DNA from: Nitrosospira multiformis ATCC 25196
GTDB taxonomy: Bacteria; Pseudomonadota; Gammaproteobacteria; Burkholderiales; Nitrosomonadaceae
Direction: 5' to 3'
Assembly: GCF_000196355.1 (NCBI RefSeq)
Contig: NC_007614.1
Location: 3,060,001 to 3,092,000 of the forward strand
Length of the DNA: 32,000 nucleotides
Part shown: positions 27,056 through 32,000 of the stretch, piece after piece
Layout of the letters: each line of letters opens with the position of its first letter
Numbering within the stretch: position 1 is the stretch's first letter
Made by a program: the position numbers and the translations under genes
Notes under the pieces: model-generated
Databases searched by the model: none
Told to the model about the DNA's origin: nothing
The model's input: the letters and a program-made list of their open reading frames with translations, nothing else

Positions 27056-28270
27056 TTATTCGGCCATTGCGGCTGTTTCCAGCTGCCTTACAGCCAGTTC
27101 CAGTCCTTTGCCGTAGTGCTCCCTTGCCAGTTCGGGCTGCCCGAGCTTCTCATTCAGCTGTCCCAACGCGAGGTGCGCCGCATATCCCGGTTTGACCGAT
27201 AAACTGGCTTCAAGATAGCTCTGAGCCTTGCCCCACAGTTCCCCATTGACGCAGAGCTTTCCCAGAGCTAGCAGCAGGGATGCATCACTGGAATGCCTTT
27301 CAAGCCATGCCTCGGCACGTTCTATCTGCCGCAAGGGATCGCTGCCGGCGCATTCCGCATAGAGCCTGGCCAATTCCGAATCCCATTGGGTCTCCAGGCT
27401 CTGCTCGACTATATGATGCACCATGGCGCAATCTCCTGTTGCAGAAAACGCGCGTGCGGCCGCAGCAGCAACTTTGCCATCCTTTTTTTCCGACGGAGAC
27501 AGGCTCTCCCAATACTCCTTCAGTGCCTGCGGATTCAACATTCTGCTTCTGAGATTCTCTATATGCGCTCTGCCTCTCAGTTGTTTTACGAGGCTTGCCT
27601 CAGGACCATCGTGCTGTTCCAGCTGGCCGAGCAATTCAAGCACCGCATTCCAGTTTCCAACGTTCTGCTGGGCTTCCAGCTCCAGCTTCAGGGCACCCGG
27701 ATGTCGGCGCAACTCGCCGGGAGGCAGGTGGTGCAGCAGCCGGAGCGCTTCTTCAGGTCGATGTTCGTCCAGAAGCAATTCAGCCTGTGTCATCAGCCGC
27801 AATGCCACTTCTTGCGGCGCGCTGGTTTCGGCCTGTGCAATGAACTCGTCCCGGCGGGAATAATTTCGCAATCCATGGGCTGCACGCGCGGCAACGATGG
27901 CATTGATGGCGCTGAAAGCGGTGGAATCCTCCATTTTCAGGACGGTGGCGGCGGATTTCTCCGCCTTCGCATAACGCCGCTCGAAAAACGCCTTGAGACC
28001 CTCCAGCGTTCCTTCCAGAGCCTTTTCCCGACGCCTGCGAGTGCGAAATTCACTCAGCTCGGCAGGCAGCCGGGCGGTAAATGCAATAAGTCGCATTCCC
28101 AGGTAACCCATCAAAATGATGGCCAGCAGCAATAGCACCAGCAGATTCAGCGACAGCTCTATACGATAGGGCTGGGCGACAATCAGCACGTAGCCGCTGT
28201 TATAAGTGGCGGCGATGGTAACCGCCACGGCAATCATGAACAGGGCCAGAAGCCAGAGCGCCCCCTTCAC
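27056..28270 (-). CDS. hemY: Heme biosynthesis-associated protein HemY (TPR protein)
   Basis: 404 aa: N-terminal TM helices 'GALWLLALFMIAVAVTIAATYNSGYVLIVAQPYRIELSLNLLVLLLLAI', TPR-like C-terminus, last gene of hemCDXY order; 4-bp overlap with hemX. Confidence 0.88.
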   Translation of the reverse strand: MKGALWLLALFMIAVAVTIAATYNSGYVLIVAQPYRIELSLNLLVLLLLAIILMGYLGMRLIAFTARLPAELSEFRTRRRREKALEGTLEGLKAFFERRYAKAEKSAATVLKMEDSTAFSAINAIVAARAAHGLRNYSRRDEFIAQAETSAPQEVALRLMTQAELLLDEHRPEEALRLLHHLPPGELRRHPGALKLELEAQQNVGNWNAVLELLGQLEQHDGPEASLVKQLRGRAHIENLRSRMLNPQALKEYWESLSPSEKKDGKVAAAAARAFSATGDCAMVHHIVEQSLETQWDSELARLYAECAGSDPLRQIERAEAWLERHSSDASLLLALGKLCVNGELWGKAQSYLEASLSVKPGYAAHLALGQLNEKLGQPELAREHYGKGLELAVRQLETAAMAE

Positions 28271-29316
28271 CTGTTTCCCCGGTCACGCGTCAACCTGTAG
28301 TTACGAACCGCATCGAGACTTGCGGAGATACGCGGCAACTCAGCCCCGATATCAGTCTCGCCCAATTGCTGCAATGCTTCCCGGAAATCGATGACAGGTT
28401 GGGCTTGAGTGTTGTAATAACGCCCGATCTGCTCCCTGGACGCGTCGAGGTCAGCCTTGAAGCTGGGGCCGTTGTGCGCAAGCAACGCATAGCGCGCGGA
28501 TAAGAGCCGCAACTTCAAATTCTCGCGCAGGAAATACGCTTGCGAGGGCGACAGCAGGGCGACATCCGGGCTGTCCATATACTGTATCCGCACCAGCCGT
28601 TTGAAATCCTCCCATACTTGACGCAGAAAGCGCAGCCATACATTTTCGGAGATGGGAACGGGAGGCGGGGAAGAGGCGCTCTCAGGCGGTCGAAACTCCA
28701 TTGCCAGCGGCAGCGTATCGACGGAGGCGGCAAGATTATCCAGGCGCAAACTGATTTCCGTGGTGTCAACATACGGCACCGATTTCAGCAGACCCATATC
28801 CTTTGCAATGGTTTTCCGCAAAGAAGCCAGTTGCGGACGATCCGTGCGCAGGAGCCGGCTATCCGCCTCCTGCATTGCAATCAGGGCGGATTTGACGTTG
28901 CTTGCTAGTTGCAGTTGCTGGTTGGCGATAAGCAGTAGCTGCTCCACTTCTTCCAGCATTGCTTCATCGCGGCTTCGCGTAAGTTCCTGGTAAAGCGCTT
29001 CCAGGGCAACCTGCTGACTCTGCGATTCAGCCAGTTTATCTTCAAGAAGGTCGAGCTTCGTTTCCGCACGGCGTCCCGCCTCGACGGCATCGGCTGCGGC
29101 ATTGCGCGCCTCCTTGCCCGAAGTATCCGCCTCGGCCAGTCGTCTTGCCAGCTCATGCCGCAGCCCTGCGATTTCACTGCGCGTGTCGTACCATTGCCAG
29201 GCGAAAACCAGGATCAGAATCAAAGCAAAAACCAGCAGGGGATTGGCGTGCGCAAGCCATCTCGCCCCTGCTTTCTGCGGTTGATCAATATCAGCAGACT
29301 GAGTTTCCATGCCCAT
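28267..29316 (-). CDS. hemX: HemX-like protein (annotated as uroporphyrinogen-III C-methyltransferase; lacks a methyltransferase domain)
   Basis: 349 aa: N-terminal TM 'LLVFALILILVFAWQWYDTRSEI', coiled coil, 'QLQLASNVKSALIAMQEADSRLLR...LRKTIAKDMGLLKSVPYVD' and 'LVRIQYMDSPDVALLSPSQAYFLRENLKLRLLSARYALLA'. Confidence 0.88.
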   Translation of the reverse strand: MGMETQSADIDQPQKAGARWLAHANPLLVFALILILVFAWQWYDTRSEIAGLRHELARRLAEADTSGKEARNAAADAVEAGRRAETKLDLLEDKLAESQSQQVALEALYQELTRSRDEAMLEEVEQLLLIANQQLQLASNVKSALIAMQEADSRLLRTDRPQLASLRKTIAKDMGLLKSVPYVDTTEISLRLDNLAASVDTLPLAMEFRPPESASSPPPVPISENVWLRFLRQVWEDFKRLVRIQYMDSPDVALLSPSQAYFLRENLKLRLLSARYALLAHNGPSFKADLDASREQIGRYYNTQAQPVIDFREALQQLGETDIGAELPRISASLDAVRNYRLTRDRGNR

Positions 29317-29377
29317 GATTGCGTAGGAGCAAAATTGTGTTGGCGCCCTTCGCCGCTGTTACCTTTGCCGTCACCTT

Positions 29378-30160
29378 TCAACCCATGTGGCCGGAAAAAT
29401 AATCCTGCAAACCCGCTACCAGCCCATCGTCCCCGGCAGCGGTAACAATCACGCGGTTAAATCCCAATTTCCGTGCCACCCCCGCGATGCGCTCATGGGA
29501 AACGAACAAGGGCGTATTTTCAAGCCATGTTCTGCCTGAGTCGCCCACCATCTCCCATAAATTGCGCAAACCTTCACTGCTGGTGACGGTAACCCCGTTC
29601 ATCTCACCCCGCGTCCAGGCTGCGAGAAGCGGTCCAATTTCCGCTTCCGGCCGTATCCGGCGGTAACACTCCGCGTATTCGACAGAAGCGCCGCGTTTCC
29701 TCAGGGTTTCCCCCAGCAGTTCGCGTCCGTTGTCGCCCCGAAAAATGATGATTCGCTTGCCCGCTACATTGATGCGATCCAATTCTGCCATATCGAGCAA
29801 GGCCTCGCTGTCGAACCGCACCGCAGGCACGATTACTCCGCTCACGCCGAATCGTCGCAGCGTTCTGGCAGTGCCCTGACCGACTGTCGCAATTTTGAGA
29901 TCGGACGGCAATGCGCGTTTCGCGCATATGACGCTCATCGCCTTATTGACGGCGTTGGGGCTGACAAAAATCGCCAGATAGAATTCATCCAGGCGCTCGA
30001 TCAATTCGAGCAATGGGCGTGGGTCAGAGATATCCTGAATCTCCAGGACCGGAAACAGGCAGGGTTCTCCGCCTGCTGCTCGTATTTTCCCAGCGAGCCC
30101 CCCCGCCTGATGGGAAGGACGCGTGACCAGGATATGGATCCCGGTCAGCGGCTTGCTCAC
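29378..30160 (-). CDS. hemD: Uroporphyrinogen-III synthase
   Basis: 260 aa: '[32 protein letters not shown]', '[13 protein letters not shown]', '[31 protein letters not shown]' and '[13 protein letters not shown]'; 4-bp overlap with hemC. Confidence 0.92.
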   Translation of the reverse strand: MSKPLTGIHILVTRPSHQAGGLAGKIRAAGGEPCLFPVLEIQDISDPRPLLELIERLDEFYLAIFVSPNAVNKAMSVICAKRALPSDLKIATVGQGTARTLRRFGVSGVIVPAVRFDSEALLDMAELDRINVAGKRIIIFRGDNGRELLGETLRKRGASVEYAECYRRIRPEAEIGPLLAAWTRGEMNGVTVTSSEGLRNLWEMVGDSGRTWLENTPLFVSHERIAGVARKLGFNRVIVTAAGDDGLVAGLQDYFSGHMG

Positions 30161-31122
30161 GGATGGCTCACGGGGTCAACCGCTTTCGATTCCAGCGCTA
30201 CCAGAATCTCTTCCGCACCCTTTGCCTTCAGGTTCTTTGCCAGCTGCGCTCCTATCGAAGCGCAATCATCAGGGCTCCCGTTCAGCTCATCGCTTACCAT
30301 GCGTATTCCATCCTGGCTGGCGACAAATCCGCGCAACCTAAGCACATGTCCGTCGATTTCAGCAAAGCCTCCCAAGGGCACTTCGCAACTGCCACCCAGG
30401 GCGCGACTCATGGCGCGCTCGGCTTCGACGCAGCGTGCAGTGGGAATATGATGCAGCGGTTCCATGAGCTTGATCAAATCCGAGCGATCTGCACGACACT
30501 CAATACCCAAAGCGCCTTGCCCTACTGCGGGCAGACTGAGATCGGGACTTAGCAGGGCGGTTATGCGCTCCGCAAGCCCCAGCCGTTTCAATCCCGCTGC
30601 CGCCAGAATGATCGCTGCGAATTGACCCTCATCCAGCTTGCGCAAACGCGTCTGGACGTTGCCCCGCAACGGCTGCACCTGCAAATGGGGAAAGCGCGCG
30701 CGCAACTGGCTTTCACGGCGAAGACTGGAAGTGCCCACTACGCTCCCCGGCGGAAGCGCATCCAGCCTCGCATACTTGTTGGAGACAAACGCATCCCGCG
30801 GATCTTCACGCTCCGTAATCGCTGCCAGCGCGAATCCGGCCGGCATATCCATCGGCACATCCTTCATCGAATGCACGGCGATGTCAGCCCGCCCGTCCTC
30901 CAGCGCCTGTTCCAGTTCTTTGATGAACAAACCTTTTCCGCCGATTTTGGATAGCGTCACATCAAGAATCTGATCACCCCGGGTCGTCATTCCGGATATT
31001 TGAAACTCCATTTGCGGGTATAATTCTGCCAGTCGATCCCGGATGAAATTGGCCTGCCACAGGGCAAGGGCGCTTTCCCGTGTCGCGATAACTATTTTAT
31101 TGGGAGTGGATGAATTAGGCAT
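30157..31122 (-). CDS. hemC: Porphobilinogen deaminase (hydroxymethylbilane synthase)
   Basis: ORF track 30157..31245; the likely start is the Met at 31122 ([27 protein letters not shown]...). Motifs '[14 protein letters not shown]', 'AVHSMKDVP', '[13 protein letters not shown]', '[14 protein letters not shown]' and '[10 protein letters not shown]'. Catalytic Cys context '[11 protein letters not shown]'. Confidence 0.95.
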   Translation of the reverse strand: MPNSSTPNKIVIATRESALALWQANFIRDRLAELYPQMEFQISGMTTRGDQILDVTLSKIGGKGLFIKELEQALEDGRADIAVHSMKDVPMDMPAGFALAAITEREDPRDAFVSNKYARLDALPPGSVVGTSSLRRESQLRARFPHLQVQPLRGNVQTRLRKLDEGQFAAIILAAAGLKRLGLAERITALLSPDLSLPAVGQGALGIECRADRSDLIKLMEPLHHIPTARCVEAERAMSRALGGSCEVPLGGFAEIDGHVLRLRGFVASQDGIRMVSDELNGSPDDCASIGAQLAKNLKAKGAEEILVALESKAVDPVSHP

Positions 31123-31193
31123 TCCTATTAAAATAAACAAAAGTTTGGAAATCCTGCCAGTGCTTATTTTACCATGGAGGATGCCAAAGCCGG

Positions 31194-31219
31194 ACTGAAG
31201 TAGCAAACTGAAGTGCCAA
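31194..31219 (+). repeat. Two-copy 13-bp imperfect tandem repeat in the hemC/ppc intergenic region
   Basis: ACTGAAGTAGCAA followed directly by ACTGAAGTGCCAA (11/13 identical). Confidence 0.5.
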
Positions 31220-31268
31220 ACTAAGTACTTAGGGCATGTGCCCACATCTTCCAGAGAAGAGGTTGTTT

Positions 31269-32000
31269 ATGGCATCGCTCGCTTCCCCAAGCGAAAGTAT
31301 TGATACTAACCCTAATTACATCCATGACAAGGAACCGAAGGATGATCCTCTGCGCGAGGACATCCGCCTGCTCGGACGCATGCTGGGCGACACCCTGCGT
31401 GAACAGGAGGGCGAGCCTACTTTTGATCTGGTAGAAAATATTCGCCAGACAGCTATCCGATTTCGCCGCGACCAGGATCCGAAGGCGCGACAGGAACTGG
31501 ACAGACTGCTTAATCAGTTGAGCAACAAGGCTACCGAAGCAGTTGTTCGCGCATTCAGCCAGTTCTCGCAGCTATCGAACATCGCCGAGGATATGCATCA
31601 CAACCGCCGGCGTCGAAGCTACCTTTTAGCCCGGTCGCAACCACAGGCGGGCAGTGTCGCGCGCGCGCTCGACCTGGTTTTCTCCAAGGAAACAAGCAGC
31701 GCGGCCCTTGGCCGGTTCTTTGACAAAGCGCTCGTTTCGCCGGTGTTGACAGCCCATCCGACGGAAGTGCAGCGAAGAAGCATACTTGACTGCCAGTTGG
31801 CAATTGCTCGCTTGTTGAACGAGCGCGACCGGGTGCAGCTCACCCCGGATGAGCTAAGCAAGAACGAAGAGGGATTGCGCACCAACATTCAAATATTATG
31901 GCAGACGCGCATGCTGCGCTCGGCGCGTCTGTCCGTATATGACGAAATCAAAAATGGCCTGGCCTATTATCACTATACTTTTCTTACAGAAGTGCCGCAT
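31269..32000 (+). CDS. ppc: Phosphoenolpyruvate carboxylase, partial (runs off the right edge)
   Basis: Open plus-strand frame from ATG at 31269: MASLASPSESIDTNPNYIHDKEPKDDPLREDIRLLGRMLGDTLREQEG...PVLTAHPTEVQRRSILDCQLAIARLL...TNIQILWQTRMLR. 'LTAHPTE' is the PEPC signature. It is missing from the ORF track because no stop lies within the window. Confidence 0.95.
   Translation, partial: MASLASPSESIDTNPNYIHDKEPKDDPLREDIRLLGRMLGDTLREQEGEPTFDLVENIRQTAIRFRRDQDPKARQELDRLLNQLSNKATEAVVRAFSQFSQLSNIAEDMHHNRRRRSYLLARSQPQAGSVARALDLVFSKETSSAALGRFFDKALVSPVLTAHPTEVQRRSILDCQLAIARLLNERDRVQLTPDELSKNEEGLRTNIQILWQTRMLRSARLSVYDEIKNGLAYYHYTFLTEVPH

Noticed and set aside
27293-28135. 280-aa plus-strand ORF
   Set aside because: Antisense to hemY, which is supported by family features and the hemCDXY order.
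31123-31245. N-terminal 41-residue extension of HemC in the ORF track
   Set aside because: Porphobilinogen deaminases begin close to the '[15 protein letters not shown]' motif; the ATG at 31122 fits and leaves a normal promoter spacer before ppc.
1-32000. CRISPR arrays, transposases, integrases, toxin-antitoxin or phage defence genes
   Set aside because: Looked for regularly spaced repeats and signature motifs in the ORFs; none seen. The window is core metabolism plus an EPS/PEP-CTERM-associated block.

Overview
The window looks like a betaproteobacterial chromosome segment, probably from a Nitrosospira-like ammonia oxidiser (organism is inferred from gene content and protein flavour, not tested). 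From left to right it holds: (1) the 5' part of a heme-copper oxidase subunit I and a complete CuA-type subunit II; (2) a minus-strand block typical of exosortase A/PEP-CTERM exopolysaccharide loci (asparagine-synthetase-like amidotransferase, PLP-dependent decarboxylase, AMP-forming acyl-CoA ligase, PrsR, PrsK, EpsB-like sugar transferase); (3) two adjacent response-regulator-like genes with degenerate receiver residues, next to a PDZ-less trypsin-like periplasmic protease; (4) a DUF2024 protein; (5) an OprP/OprO-like porin preceded by a near-consensus Pho box; (6) DUF748, DUF2784 and TauE/SafE proteins; (7) TlpA-like thioredoxin, DsbD and CutA; (8) an SDR/epimerase-like protein and a 2Fe-2S/FNR reductase; (9) hemC-hemD-hemX-hemY; and (10) the 5' end of ppc. 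No rRNA, tRNA, CRISPR array or intact mobile element was recognised. The best leads are the amidotransferase with an eroded glutaminase domain inside the decarboxylase/ligase cluster, the degenerate-receiver pair, and the Pho box.
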